A stretch of DNA of 64,000 nt from an uncultured Gammaproteobacteria bacterium. GTDB taxonomy: Bacteria; Patescibacteriota; Microgenomatia; Levybacterales; GWA1-39-11. A program made the translations under genes and the position numbers. The notes below the pieces were generated by a model. That model did not search any database, had not been told where the DNA came from, and saw nothing but the letters and a program-made list of their open reading frames with translations. Of the stretch, positions 19,428-30,739 are shown one piece after another. The stretch's first letter is position 1. Every line of letters starts with the position of its first letter. Location of the stretch: positions 73,887 through 137,886 of the forward strand of contig CAZHDZ010000004.1 of NCBI GenBank assembly GCA_964531275.1. Reading direction: 5' to 3'.

Positions 19428-21626
19428 CTACTGATTATTATTGTCTTCCGTCGCGGGGCCACTGAGGAATTCGTCAGCATTTCTTACTAGAACATCTCTT
19501 GGTTTTGATCCATCTGCAGGTCCAACGACACCAGCTTCTTCTAATTGCTCGAGCAAACGGGCTGCTCTATTAAATCCGACTTGCAAGCGTCGCTGAATAA
19601 GCGATGCGCTTGCTCTATCATGTTGAGAAATCATACGCACCGTCTGCTCAAAAAGCTCGTCTCTTCCTTCATCGCCACCTACCGTAGTTATTCCACCACG
19701 ACCCTTTATATTAACTGCTTGCTGAATAACCTCTTGAGTGTATTCTACAGGAATACCCTTTGACTTAATAAAGTTAGTAAGACGTTTTACATCTTGATCC
19801 GAAACAAAAGTACCCTGAATTCTTGTAGGTCTGGCTTGATCTGGAGGGACATATAACATATCTCCTTTTCCAAGAAGTTTTTCAGCTCCTGGGCCATCAA
19901 TAATAACCTTTGAGTCAATTCCTGAAGATACATTAAATGCTATGCGACATGGGATATTTGCCTTAATAAGACCGGTTATAACATCCACCGATGGACGCTG
20001 TGTTGCAAGAACAAGATGTATTCCGGTAGCACGAGCCATCTGTGCAAGACGGGCAATACTATCTTCAACCTCGACAGGAGCAAGCGCCATAAGATCTGCT
20101 AATTCGTCCATAACGATGATGATGTAAGGTATTGCCTGAAAACCAGCAAGCTCATTGTAACTATCAAGATTTTTAACTCCGGCTTCTGCAAATTTTGTAT
20201 ATCGCTTATCCATCTCTTTAAGTGCCCATTTAAGTGCAGATACTGATTGGTCTGCCTCAACAATCACTGGGGAGAGTAAATGAGGTATATCATTGTATCC
20301 TGTTAACTCGACTCTTTTAGGATCTATCATGATGAATTTAACTTCGGAAGGAGAGGCCCTAAAAAGAATTGATGAAATAAATGCATTTACCATAACGGAT
20401 TTACCAGATCCAGTAGTACCTGCGATAAGTACATGGGGCATCTTTGAAATATCTGCAACGACCGGATCTCCTGACACATTAAGCCCTAACGGTACGGCAA
20501 GTTTTGATTTTGTCTCTTGCATCTTTTTTGTTTCAAGCATCGCCCGAAGACCAACGAATTCCAGGGACGTATTTGGAATTTCGATTCCCACAAGACTTCT
20601 TCCGGGGATAGGAGCTTCAATTCTAATTTGTCCACCAGGAGCCTCTGTTGCAAGTGCAAGGTCATTTGATAAGGTAGTTATCTTTGTAAGCTTTGTTCCT
20701 TCCGGAATACGAATAGCATACTGGGTAACGGATGGACCGACATTAATCTCGGCAACCTGGGCTTTGACTCCAAAACTTTGAAGAGTTCTTTCAATTGTCC
20801 CCGCAGTCCTCTTAACATCCCCTGTGTCTCTTTTCTTTTCTTTATTTTCTGTCAGAAGTGAGAATGGAGGGTATTCCCACATTCCCATTTCCAACGGCTT
20901 ATTAAGAATCATCTCTTCAGGAAGAACTCCCTTCTTTGGCATTGGCGCAGGTGCCATTGTTGGGGCAGCTGACTTTGCTGGAGCGGCGGCTGCCTCAAGC
21001 TTTGCCTCAGATATCTTAACGTCACTACTATCATCAATTCCCTTAATTTTCATTGGAGTCATATCAGTTGCAAATTTATCCTTGGTCTTAAGCAACGGCA
21101 CCGTTGCTTTTCCAACTCCACTTCCAGCACCCTTTATTGAATTGAAAAGATACATTCCTATCTCTGTAAAAGATAGGTTCATGCACACAACAAACCCTAT
21201 AAAAGCACCCAATGCAAAGAGGAGCACGCTTAAGATCGGTCCGATAATGCTACTAAGATAATAAAAAAGATCATGTCCAACCATCCCGCTTTGAAATAAT
21301 CCCAATATAGAAATCGTAAAAACAATAAATCCAATAGAGATATTTGGACGAGAAAGACTATTTTTCATCTGCAATATGAATAAGGCGACCAAGACACAAA
21401 CAATTGGAATCAAAAATGAGAAAAACCCAAAAAAGTTAATTAAGAAGTCATTAAGTTGCATCAAGGCTGATCCGCTTCGAGTGTAAGAGACAACGCAGGC
21501 AATCGCTGCAAAGACAAGGCTAATCGCAGATACTGTATAAACTGTTCCCTTTTTGAGTTTTAGGCCACCACCACCACTTCTTCTTTTGTATGAACCCCTC
21601 TTCTTTACTTTTTTCTTTTTGGCCAT
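19428..21626 (-). CDS. ftsK: DNA translocase FtsK/SpoIIIE.
   Basis: N-terminal TM helices, Walker A GTTGSGKS, Walker B IIVMDELADLM, and a C-terminal gamma winged helix (ASASLIQRRLQVGFNRAARLLEQLEEAGVV). Confidence 0.9.
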   Translation of the reverse strand: MAKKKKVKKRGSYKRRSGGGGLKLKKGTVYTVSAISLVFAAIACVVSYTRSGSALMQLNDFLINFFGFFSFLIPIVCVLVALFILQMKNSLSRPNISIGFIVFTISILGLFQSGMVGHDLFYYLSSIIGPILSVLLFALGAFIGFVVCMNLSFTEIGMYLFNSIKGAGSGVGKATVPLLKTKDKFATDMTPMKIKGIDDSSDVKISEAKLEAAAAPAKSAAPTMAPAPMPKKGVLPEEMILNKPLEMGMWEYPPFSLLTENKEKKRDTGDVKRTAGTIERTLQSFGVKAQVAEINVGPSVTQYAIRIPEGTKLTKITTLSNDLALATEAPGGQIRIEAPIPGRSLVGIEIPNTSLEFVGLRAMLETKKMQETKSKLAVPLGLNVSGDPVVADISKMPHVLIAGTTGSGKSVMVNAFISSILFRASPSEVKFIMIDPKRVELTGYNDIPHLLSPVIVEADQSVSALKWALKEMDKRYTKFAEAGVKNLDSYNELAGFQAIPYIIIVMDELADLMALAPVEVEDSIARLAQMARATGIHLVLATQRPSVDVITGLIKANIPCRIAFNVSSGIDSKVIIDGPGAEKLLGKGDMLYVPPDQARPTRIQGTFVSDQDVKRLTNFIKSKGIPVEYTQEVIQQAVNIKGRGGITTVGGDEGRDELFEQTVRMISQHDRASASLIQRRLQVGFNRAARLLEQLEEAGVVGPADGSKPRDVLVRNADEFLSGPATEDNNNQ

Positions 21627-21724
21627 AGTATGTCATTATAGCAATAATCAAATTCCAATTCACCAAAGTATTTAGAGCCTAATATGATAAGTGAATTTGA
21701 AAATTGGTATTTGGAATTTTAAAA

Positions 21725-23428
21725 TTAGATGTTCCAGGCCTTCTCTTTATATTCTTGAATGCAGCGATTTGTATTGAAGAATGCACCTAGCGTTATTGCA
21801 TGTTTCATCCTGTGCATCCAATCGTTTTTATTATTGTAATAAAGAGGAATAATTTCATTCTGTAGCTTATTGTACATATCATCAATATCCTGCTTGTCAT
21901 CATTTATAGGGGCAAGACTCGTATCATTTGGCCCGATTGAAAACCCAGACTCGCTATCCATCTCGTAACCCTCAATCCACCATCCATCAAGAACAGAAAA
22001 ATTCAGCACACCATTTAATGCTGCTTTCATACCACTAGTGCCTGATGCCTCAAGAGGTCTTCTTGGAGTGTTGAGCCATACATCCGACCCTCTAACCAAC
22101 TGACGGGCAAGTAGTGGGGAATAATTCTCTAGATATACAACTTTTATACGTCCTCTCAATTTTTTAGAAATATCAATAATCTCCTTTACAAAATTTTTGG
22201 CCATCTCGTCTCCGGGGGCTGCTTTACCACATTGAATGATCTGCAATTTACCATCACCAATGGTAAGTAGCCTCTCAAGATCAGAATACAGTAATAGTGG
22301 TCGCTTATAAGGAACGAGGCGTCTGGCAAGAGATATAGTCAGAATATCTATATCGAATTGTTCTGGCTCTGGTGGATTTTCCCTTTCCTCCTCACTATTA
22401 ACTGAGGTTAGATGATTGTTAACATGATCCAAAAGCCTGCTTTTCTCCGCCTGATGTGCACGCCATAATTCTTCATCAGGAATCTTATCAACTGCCTCTT
22501 TAAATACGCCGGGATTATGTATCCATTCTGGCAGGAATTTATCATATAAATTTGCGAGCTCTGTACCTATCCACGTCCTGTGATGCACGCCATTTGTAAT
22601 TGCCTTTATGTGGAACTGAGGGAACATTGCAGCCGTAACCTGTCCGTGTTTCTGGCTAACACCAAAAGCAACATTGCTCATACTCATACCAAGAATTGTT
22701 GTATGCAATTCTTTTTCGCTCGCAATTTTTTTTATATGCCAAGGCAAATTGTCTCCTGCTATCTTGTGTGCGTAATCGTAATCAAATTTGTCATGCCCTT
22801 CAGGAATTGGCGTATGCGTAGTAAAGACACACAATTTTTTTACAGCCTCGTCGTCAAATCCCTTTTCAGAAAGCAACCCAAGTGGAACAAAAGAAGCATG
22901 GCCTTCATTCATATGAAATGTTTTGACGTCATGATATCCAAGACTTCTTAGCATCTTAACGCCACCGATTCCCAGGAGCACTTCTTGATCTAGTCTTACT
23001 CCACCCCCATACAGATTTTGCGTAAGACTTTTGGCATATTCAGAGTTATCTATAAAATCTGTATCTAGAAGATAGACGGGAACCACAAATTCATCAATTC
23101 CTGTTATGTCATACCTCCAGCAACCAACAATAACTTTTTGTCCTTGGATAGTAACTTCAACTCTATTTGGTAACTTTGTGAGTTGATCATTCTTATGCCA
23201 GACCAAAGACTCGTAATCCTGAGATCCTTCTGTAGTAATAACCTGACGATAGGTGCTGTCATTGTAAACCAAAGACATCCCAACTACAGGCACTTTCATG
23301 TCTGCACAAGAGCGCATAAGGTCTCCAGCCAATACCCCAAGTCCGCCGGCATAGGTTGGAATATCTGATTCCAACATAAATTCCATTGAGAAGTAAGCAC
23401 AATCGAGGGTGGGACGTTTTGTTTCCAT
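21725..23428 (-). CDS. Alpha-glucan (glycogen/maltodextrin) phosphorylase, GT35 short type.
   Basis: PLP-site motif EASGTSGMKAALNG. N-terminal YFSMEFMLESDIPTYAGGLGVLAGD. Confidence 0.85.
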   Translation of the reverse strand: METKRPTLDCAYFSMEFMLESDIPTYAGGLGVLAGDLMRSCADMKVPVVGMSLVYNDSTYRQVITTEGSQDYESLVWHKNDQLTKLPNRVEVTIQGQKVIVGCWRYDITGIDEFVVPVYLLDTDFIDNSEYAKSLTQNLYGGGVRLDQEVLLGIGGVKMLRSLGYHDVKTFHMNEGHASFVPLGLLSEKGFDDEAVKKLCVFTTHTPIPEGHDKFDYDYAHKIAGDNLPWHIKKIASEKELHTTILGMSMSNVAFGVSQKHGQVTAAMFPQFHIKAITNGVHHRTWIGTELANLYDKFLPEWIHNPGVFKEAVDKIPDEELWRAHQAEKSRLLDHVNNHLTSVNSEEERENPPEPEQFDIDILTISLARRLVPYKRPLLLYSDLERLLTIGDGKLQIIQCGKAAPGDEMAKNFVKEIIDISKKLRGRIKVVYLENYSPLLARQLVRGSDVWLNTPRRPLEASGTSGMKAALNGVLNFSVLDGWWIEGYEMDSESGFSIGPNDTSLAPINDDKQDIDDMYNKLQNEIIPLYYNNKNDWMHRMKHAITLGAFFNTNRCIQEYKEKAWNI

Positions 23429-23538
23429 GGGCAGTAATTTATTGTAGCGTATTTTGAGCCAGAGAGGAATATTCTTTACAAAAAGTCTAGTAGCAGTAAG
23501 TCAAACTCCAAAAAATAGCCCTATGTCCAAAATCCATA

Positions 23539-23970
23539 TTATTTAACCTTAAAATATAAAATCCCATCTTTCTGTGTTTTCCCATTGCTTAGCATGTATA
23601 ACGAATATACAAGTGGAACTAAAATCAAACCCCTAAATGCCACCCTGGCCAAATTAGAATCTAATTTAAAACCAGGTGCAATAAAACCCAAATCTACTAT
23701 TTTCGCGATCTGTGGGAGAAGAAAACTAAGAATCAAAGTTACTACAACTAAGAAAAGGGTGATCCTCCAAATTTTTCTGTTGCTTACCTTCATAGCAAAG
23801 GCGTAGATAATTATTCCATATACTCCAATTGCCGATAAAACCAACCCCAATATATAAAAGGGGCTTGTAAGCATTGCTGGATCGACAGCATTTGCTACAA
23901 GATAAAACCACATTAGAAATTGGTATATCAGATAGAATAAATATAGAACAGCAAGTGTTTTCCAAAACAT
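23539..23970 (-). CDS. Hypothetical integral membrane protein.
   Basis: 143 aa, four predicted TM helices. Confidence 0.4.
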   Translation of the reverse strand: MFWKTLAVLYLFYLIYQFLMWFYLVANAVDPAMLTSPFYILGLVLSAIGVYGIIIYAFAMKVSNRKIWRITLFLVVVTLILSFLLPQIAKIVDLGFIAPGFKLDSNLARVAFRGLILVPLVYSLYMLSNGKTQKDGILYFKVK

Positions 23971-24078
23971 AGGCTCATCAATCGTAACATACTCAAGAAT
24001 TAATAGACAATCATCTCAAATTGTTCTTCCAAAGAACATACTGTCACCGTTACACATCGCACTCATGGTGTGTAATTG

Positions 24079-24939
24079 TTAGTTGGCAAATTTAATAGTC
24101 GTTTCGGGGAGTTGGATTTCTGGTATTTCTACTCTTAAGCGTTCTATATCTTCTTTGTCCATTTTGAAATCAAAGGACTTTAGATTTTCCATTAAGTGAC
24201 TTTGGTTACTCATCTTGGAGATCACTATAATGTCCTGGGAAATTAGCCAATTTATGACAATTTGAGGCCTGCTCTTGCCATACTTTTTACACATCTCTTC
24301 TATTACTGAAATTTCCTTCTCAATAAGAGCCCCTCTTTCGATGGGTCTATATGCCATGACCATAATGTCATTTTCGCGGCAGTAGTCGACTGCATCCTGG
24401 AGATTTTGGTAAGCCAAATTGTAATGAAGTTGATTAACAACGATTTTATTTTTTGTCACGGACTGAGCTTCTTTTAACTCTTCAACCGTAAAATTACTCA
24501 CTCCAATTTCCCGAATAAGACCCTTTTCTTTCAATTCGTCTAAAGCCCTAAATGTTTCCTTTATTGGAAATTGTGGGTTAGGAGCATGGACCAAATAAAG
24601 ATCTAAATAATCAGTTCTTAGTCTTTCAAGAGACTTATGACATGCACTTATTACTTCTTCATACGAAAGGTTACCCTTAAAAACTTTACTAACTATGAAT
24701 AATTTATCTCTATCAAATCCCTTTATAGCAGCACCAACCAATTCCTCAGCGTGCCCAGCTCCATACAGTTCTGCAGTATCAATAAGTGTTACTCCTAGTT
24801 CTAGGGCTATGCGAATACCTTTTCTATCTTGCTCGTCATTTTTAGTATCAACAGTAAGCATTCCTCCCACCTTCCACGTTCCGATTCCAAAAACAGGCAT
24901 AGTAAAGCCGCTTTTTAGACTTTTTGTAGGTATATTCAT
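24079..24939 (-). CDS. Aldo/keto reductase.
   Basis: AKR motifs MPVFGIGTWKVGG, IDTAELYG and VSNF. Confidence 0.85.
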   Translation of the reverse strand: MNIPTKSLKSGFTMPVFGIGTWKVGGMLTVDTKNDEQDRKGIRIALELGVTLIDTAELYGAGHAEELVGAAIKGFDRDKLFIVSKVFKGNLSYEEVISACHKSLERLRTDYLDLYLVHAPNPQFPIKETFRALDELKEKGLIREIGVSNFTVEELKEAQSVTKNKIVVNQLHYNLAYQNLQDAVDYCRENDIMVMAYRPIERGALIEKEISVIEEMCKKYGKSRPQIVINWLISQDIIVISKMSNQSHLMENLKSFDFKMDKEDIERLRVEIPEIQLPETTIKFAN

Positions 24940-24993
24940 TGGGGTTAGTATAACAGAGTTCTTGAATTAAATAGATTGTGATACAGTAAATCT

Positions 24994-27432
24994 ATGGAAG
25001 AAATAGAAAGCCAAAAAGAACAATCGGGGATTATATCAGAACCCCCAATTCTAGCTTCAAAAAATCCTACAAGCCCCTCAATCTTTTGGATTAAAAAAAA
25101 TAGAGTTATTGTTGCAATTTTGGGAATTGTTCTTATAGCGGTCCTTGCTGCTGTAGCCTATAAAATGTTTTTCGGAAATTCTGTAACAAGCCTTCTTTAT
25201 CAGAATAAAACTTCCGATTCACCAACTGATTACAATATTAATTACTCTTTTGCAGAATATAAAATTTCAAATACAAAATTCCAGCCAAGTCTTCCAGACT
25301 ATTCGATAGGGCTTTCTGAGATTTCAAATCTTACTGCTTTTGAAGGTGCAACAAAAGTGCCCTTTAACGATGGCCAGAAGACTGCTCTTGCAACAACCAA
25401 TTTCTTCATATCAAAAAATACCGATAAGTTCTGGGGTGATAATCTTGAAGACGCAACCAGCCGCAACGATGACTGGACACAACTATATTCAACGATAGGT
25501 GGAGGAGGAATCTGGGAACGAAAACCTGAAAATTCCGTATTTATATCTTCGGATTTCTTACTTCATGTGTATCACAAGCTTTTAGAAATGCAGTTTGAAT
25601 ATATAGAAAATACAAAGTTCTACCCGCTTCTTAAAGATATAACAGATACAGCATTTGAAAAAGCTGTTGGAGAATATAAGACTTCAGATAACGAAAATAA
25701 GCAAAGCTTCGAGCGAGTAATTGCTTATTTTGCAGTGCCAAAGGCAATCCTTGATGCGGCGCAGAGCGAATTTAGTACAGAAAAAAGCGTAGACACCAAA
25801 GTCGACACTAAAGATGCTATGACCAATGCTCTTACCGCATTAAAAGGTCAAATGCCAACAACCTCCTACGAGCAGGCACAGACAGAACTGAATCGAATAA
25901 TTGAGTCAAAAGATAATTCACCATCAAAAATATTTGGACAGTATCTAGGTAATACCAATGTTTCTGTTAACCACGATTATTCTCAATACACACCACGCAG
26001 TCATTACAATAAAAATTCCGTTTTAAGAAGTTACTTCAGAGCCATGATGTGGTATGGAAGAAATAATTTTGCCCTAGAAAGTCCGGAGCTTACCAGAGAT
26101 GCTCTAAATATAAGCTTGATCATGAAAAATTCTGGACAACTTAAAAATTGGGAATACATATATATACCAACTGCATTTCTTGTTGGAAAGTCTGATGACT
26201 TGGGTATATTTGAATATTCAGAAGCTCTAAAAGGACAAAAAGCTGGAAAGGTTACAAAGCAAGTTGTTGCTAAAGTCCAGAAGGATATGAGTCAATACAC
26301 CGGCCCTAAAATCCAGTCATCCATTATGATTGGTCCTGGAGTAATGGATCTTACAAAAGATGAATTACTTAGCAAAACAAAAGGATTTTACTTTATGGGA
26401 CAGCGATTTACACCGGACGCTCTAATATATACAACGCTTACTCAAGGGGATGAAAAACCAGATCCAGCAACTAACCAGTATCTTCCAAGTATGACAACAG
26501 CTCTTATGGCAATGGATATTTTAGGGAGCAAAACATCTAAAACTCATGTAAATGAATGGATACAAACAAATGCCCAGAATGCTGATAAAGTCCTTGCTAA
26601 CAGACTCACTCTTTTAAGAGACGAATTTGCGAAAATACCTGATACCGTTTGGACGCAAAATATTTATTGGGGCTGGCTTCATACAATACGCTCTCTATTC
26701 ACAGAAGATCTGAACAAAAAAGGGTATCCTAACTTCGTTAAATCTGAAGACTGGAATAACAAGAATCTTCAAACAGCTTTAGGGTCTTATACAGAACTCA
26801 AGCATGACACCCTTCTTTATGCAAAACAATCGTATGCAGAAATGGGAGGCGGAGGGCCTCTTGAGAACCCACCACCAGTTCCAAAGGGATATGTAGAACC
26901 AAATATTCAATTCCTAGACCGTCTTATTGCCCTTACCGAAATGACAAGCAAGGGATTGAGCAATAGAGATTTGATAGATGGAACATTTAAATCTCGCAAC
27001 GAAGATTTTCTCGCAGCTGTAAAATTCTTCAAAGGAATTGCTGTTAAAGAACTTCAGAATGAAAAAATTACCGATGAAGAATTCGAGATCTTAAGAGGCA
27101 AGGGAGGATCCCTCACCCATATTCTTAGCGCACTTCCGGGCGAGGAAATGCTTGAAAAAAATGCACGCTCGGCACTTATTGCAGATATCCATACAGATGC
27201 TAAGAATCAGGAAATATTATACGAGGCAGATGGAATTCCAAACTACATATGGGTTGCCGTAAAAGACCAGAACGGAACAAGACTTACAAAGGGATTGGTA
27301 TACAGCTATTATGAATTTACAAATCCTTTGGGAAAGCGTCTTAATGATGAGGACTGGAGAAAGCTAAATTACACAAGGGATAAATCTGGTCTTCCTCAAT
27401 CACCTCTTTGGGTGCAATCTCTAATTAAATGA
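24994..27432 (+). CDS. Large hypothetical membrane-anchored/secreted protein (812 aa).
   Basis: N-terminal signal anchor (VIVAILGIVLIAVLAAVAY). No catalytic motif recognised. Confidence 0.45.
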   Translation: MEEIESQKEQSGIISEPPILASKNPTSPSIFWIKKNRVIVAILGIVLIAVLAAVAYKMFFGNSVTSLLYQNKTSDSPTDYNINYSFAEYKISNTKFQPSLPDYSIGLSEISNLTAFEGATKVPFNDGQKTALATTNFFISKNTDKFWGDNLEDATSRNDDWTQLYSTIGGGGIWERKPENSVFISSDFLLHVYHKLLEMQFEYIENTKFYPLLKDITDTAFEKAVGEYKTSDNENKQSFERVIAYFAVPKAILDAAQSEFSTEKSVDTKVDTKDAMTNALTALKGQMPTTSYEQAQTELNRIIESKDNSPSKIFGQYLGNTNVSVNHDYSQYTPRSHYNKNSVLRSYFRAMMWYGRNNFALESPELTRDALNISLIMKNSGQLKNWEYIYIPTAFLVGKSDDLGIFEYSEALKGQKAGKVTKQVVAKVQKDMSQYTGPKIQSSIMIGPGVMDLTKDELLSKTKGFYFMGQRFTPDALIYTTLTQGDEKPDPATNQYLPSMTTALMAMDILGSKTSKTHVNEWIQTNAQNADKVLANRLTLLRDEFAKIPDTVWTQNIYWGWLHTIRSLFTEDLNKKGYPNFVKSEDWNNKNLQTALGSYTELKHDTLLYAKQSYAEMGGGGPLENPPPVPKGYVEPNIQFLDRLIALTEMTSKGLSNRDLIDGTFKSRNEDFLAAVKFFKGIAVKELQNEKITDEEFEILRGKGGSLTHILSALPGEEMLEKNARSALIADIHTDAKNQEILYEADGIPNYIWVAVKDQNGTRLTKGLVYSYYEFTNPLGKRLNDEDWRKLNYTRDKSGLPQSPLWVQSLIK

Positions 27433-28301
27433 GTCGAAAATTGATTCTTATTTTTATTGCATTCGCAGCTATTAGCTCTTTTGTTTTTCTTACTATTAAA
27501 AACCCAAAAAACCCAGAACCTACGAAAGTTGAATACCTTGAAAGCTATTTTAAAAATCTAGATGACTACAATGCATCTTTTACTAAGTTTGCAAAGACCA
27601 GTAAGCTTCCAATAAATATCGTAATAACGAGCCATCATTTCTTAGCTCGTGATGTTATTGCGCAGACATTATCAAATGTTGATCCGAAAAGAATTGAGAA
27701 AGTGATAATTATCGCCCCAGACCACTTTCAAAAACTTTCAAATACTAAATATCTTGCTCAGACAATTGATAACGACTGGATAACGCCTTTTGGAATTATG
27801 AAAGCGGATAAGGAGTTGATCAAAAATATTTCAAAAGAAAAAGAAGTTTATTTTGACATCAATACATTTAGAAGCGAGCACGGAATTTACACTCTAGTTC
27901 CTTTTGCAAAAAAGCTATTTGCTAATGCGACAATTACCCCAATCGTCCTAAAGGCTTCTTCAGATTTTGATAAATTTTATGATTTAGGGCAGCATGTTCT
28001 TGGTCTAGTTGATTTTAATAAAACCCTACTTATTATCAGCAGCGACTTTTCCCATGAAGCATCAGTACAAAAAGCTTCTGAAAATGATAAAAAAAGTATC
28101 AGTGCTCTACAGACTATAGATATTAAAAAAATAAATCAAATTGAAAACGACTGCGGACAATGCATTGCTTTTATGTACGGTTTCATGGGTAAGAGTAATA
28201 CTTTTGTAATTGTCAAAAACACAAATTCATATGACGTTTCGGGTCATAGTCCTGAGAGTGTTACCAGTTACGTTAGCGGGTATTATAAAAAAACTAATTA
28301 G
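27429..28301 (+). CDS. MEMO1/AmmeMemoRadiSam protein B-like protein with N-terminal membrane anchor.
   Basis: Motifs VIIIAPDHF and IISSDFSHE resemble the Memo-family GPSH / SSDFSHWG metal-site motifs. Start overlaps the upstream stop. Confidence 0.4.
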   Translation: MSRKLILIFIAFAAISSFVFLTIKNPKNPEPTKVEYLESYFKNLDDYNASFTKFAKTSKLPINIVITSHHFLARDVIAQTLSNVDPKRIEKVIIIAPDHFQKLSNTKYLAQTIDNDWITPFGIMKADKELIKNISKEKEVYFDINTFRSEHGIYTLVPFAKKLFANATITPIVLKASSDFDKFYDLGQHVLGLVDFNKTLLIISSDFSHEASVQKASENDKKSISALQTIDIKKINQIENDCGQCIAFMYGFMGKSNTFVIVKNTNSYDVSGHSPESVTSYVSGYYKKTN

Positions 28302-29185
28302 TTGCCTACCCACTGTGGTTGCGCGAATTCCTTAATGTATGTTGGGATTTTTTCTTCATTTTGAAGCTTATCATCACTGAATTTTAAATTCACAACAAGT
28401 CCTTTTCTTGTCTCCTCACTCCACATTTGATCAAATACAAGATTGCCCAGGGAATAATATACAGGCTTACCGATAATATGATCGCTCTCCTGCACCCAAT
28501 GCGGGTGGTGCCCGGCAATAACGTCAGCACCATTTTCAACTAAAATCTTTGCGATTTCTTTTTGCAGGGAAGTAGAATTTGCACTATATTCATTTCCCCA
28601 ATGCACACCAACAATAAGTAGATCTACAGAAAGCGCTGAATTTCTAACTAATAGATAGTCTTTGTCTGTGGGCTCTTTGGTTACAAAATCAAAACCCAAA
28701 AATCCAAAAGAATATCCATTAACTTTTCTAATTACAAGGTTATTGTCTCCAACATAATCTATTCTATTCTTTTTGAGATATTCTTTCGTTTGCTCAAAAC
28801 CATCTCTTCCATAGTTATACGTATGGTTATTGGCAAGATTTACAATATCGATACCCGCATATACAAGTCCCTCTACCATCTTTGGGTCTGCACAAAACTT
28901 AAATCCCGAATCTATAAATGGACAACTCTTAACAACAGGATTTTCTAGATTTACAAAGGTTAAATCAGCATTCCCAATTTTCGGATAGATTTTTTCAAAA
29001 GGGTACCTCGGATTTTTTATTGACATGCTATGTGACATTACGCTTCTTCCAAGCATCACATCCCCAGCAATAGTAATTGTTGTAGTGCTTGGTTTTTTGT
29101 GATTGGCTGAATTTGAGCTATATACAATAAAACTTAACACTAAGAAGAACACTACAAAAATACCAAAGAGAATAAATTCTTTCAC
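28298..29185 (-). CDS. CapA/PgsA-family metallophosphoesterase-like protein (poly-gamma-glutamate capsule synthesis family).
   Basis: Motifs NLENPV, NLANNHTYNYG, GVHWGNEYS and DVIAGHHPHWVQ. N-terminal TM anchor. Confidence 0.7.
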   Translation of the reverse strand: MKEFILFGIFVVFFLVLSFIVYSSNSANHKKPSTTTITIAGDVMLGRSVMSHSMSIKNPRYPFEKIYPKIGNADLTFVNLENPVVKSCPFIDSGFKFCADPKMVEGLVYAGIDIVNLANNHTYNYGRDGFEQTKEYLKKNRIDYVGDNNLVIRKVNGYSFGFLGFDFVTKEPTDKDYLLVRNSALSVDLLIVGVHWGNEYSANSTSLQKEIAKILVENGADVIAGHHPHWVQESDHIIGKPVYYSLGNLVFDQMWSEETRKGLVVNLKFSDDKLQNEEKIPTYIKEFAQPQWVGN

Positions 29186-29222
29186 AAATTAAGTATAGCA
29201 ACATAAATGGATATTCTTTTAT

Positions 29223-30041
29223 ATGTATAATACTCATATGAAATTTGTTTGCGTTGGAGAGGTAGCAATTGATAGATATATCGGGGGAAGTGATCACGCA
29301 GGGGGGAATACTTTTAATGTTGCAAAAGTACTTAAAAGAATAGACCCGACAAACGATGTTTTTCTTGTTAGTGCTATCGGTAGTGATGAGGAGGGGAAGT
29401 ATCTTTTAGAAAAAATTATGGAAACTGGTGTTGCTCCGATACTCCAAATGACTAAGGAAAAGAGCTCTCTGATTGAAATAAGGATAGCAGATAATGACAG
29501 GTACTTACAAAAATATGCTGCAGGAGTTATCGAGAAATTTGAGCTTGATAAAACTCAAATAGAAGTATTGGAAAATTCAGATGTTGCTATATATGTTTGT
29601 TTTAAAGAAATAGAACACCTATTTGTAAATTCTTTGTCTTATCCTAAAAAGGCACTAAAAGTCGCAGATTTTACTGATCTACTTGACTACAATAAGGATC
29701 TCTCAATTGTCAGAAAAACAATAAATAAACTTGATGTACTATTTTTTGGACTAAAAAAAAGTGATACAAAACTGATTAACGAACTTGAATCTTTATCATC
29801 AAAATTTGATAAATTAATCATAGTGACATTAGGAGAACATGGCTCGGTTGCATTTTTTGAGAATAAAAAATTTGAAGTACCTGCCCAAAAAGTCATAAAT
29901 GTCATTGACCCAACAGGCGCTGGCGATACTTTTCTTGCAACTTTCGTTAACTCATACGCAAAAGGTAAAAATATAAAGCTCTCACTTAAAAAAGCTTCGA
30001 TTGAAGCCTCAAAAACAATTCAAAGAATGGGGGTACTATGA
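29223..30041 (+). CDS. PfkB-family carbohydrate/nucleoside kinase.
   Basis: C-terminal ribokinase-family signature DPTGAGDTFLATFV. Confidence 0.75.
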   Translation: MYNTHMKFVCVGEVAIDRYIGGSDHAGGNTFNVAKVLKRIDPTNDVFLVSAIGSDEEGKYLLEKIMETGVAPILQMTKEKSSLIEIRIADNDRYLQKYAAGVIEKFELDKTQIEVLENSDVAIYVCFKEIEHLFVNSLSYPKKALKVADFTDLLDYNKDLSIVRKTINKLDVLFFGLKKSDTKLINELESLSSKFDKLIIVTLGEHGSVAFFENKKFEVPAQKVINVIDPTGAGDTFLATFVNSYAKGKNIKLSLKKASIEASKTIQRMGVL

Positions 30042-30739
30042 GCAAATTTATAGAAACATTTGGAAACCAACCTGTACTACTTCCAGTAATTCACGTAGTA
30101 AGTGAAAGACAAGCTCTGGAAAATGCACGAATTCTTTCGCAAGAAAATGTTAGAGGAAGCTTTCTTATAAGTATGGATGGGATGCCCAACAGCAAACTTT
30201 TAGAAATACACAGCAGAGTAAAGAGTGAATACCCAAAACTATGGCTGGGCATAAATTTGCTTACCACCCCAATAAAAAGAGTTTTTGAAAAAATTGATGA
30301 CCGAGTCGATGGAGTATGGACAGATAATGCAATGATTCACGAAGGATCACAAGGACAAGAAGACGCTCAGGAAATTGCTGAAGCACGCATCAAAAGCGGC
30401 TGGGAGGGATTATACTTTGGAGGAGTTGCTTTCAAGGGCCAGAGGAAAGTAGACAATCCTGCAAGAGCTGCAATGATAGCGGGTGAATATATGGATGTTG
30501 TGACGACTAGTGGTGAAAGAACCGGGAAACCCCCAGAAGTTACTAAAATATCCGATATGAAAAACGCTATTGGAAATACACCTTTAGGAATAGCGAGCGG
30601 AATCTCGATTGACAACATAAGTGACTATATTCCTATAGCTGATTGCTTCCTGGTAGCTTCAAGTATGCTTCAACCTGGGACTGATAATTTTGATAGAGGT
30701 AAAGTTAGGGATCTACAAGGACTCTTTACACTTCGATAA
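30038..30739 (+). CDS. BtpA/SgcQ-like TIM-barrel protein.
   Basis: N-terminal LPVIHV segment and overall size and fold resemble the BtpA family. Overlaps the upstream PfkB kinase stop. Confidence 0.35.
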   Translation: MSKFIETFGNQPVLLPVIHVVSERQALENARILSQENVRGSFLISMDGMPNSKLLEIHSRVKSEYPKLWLGINLLTTPIKRVFEKIDDRVDGVWTDNAMIHEGSQGQEDAQEIAEARIKSGWEGLYFGGVAFKGQRKVDNPARAAMIAGEYMDVVTTSGERTGKPPEVTKISDMKNAIGNTPLGIASGISIDNISDYIPIADCFLVASSMLQPGTDNFDRGKVRDLQGLFTLR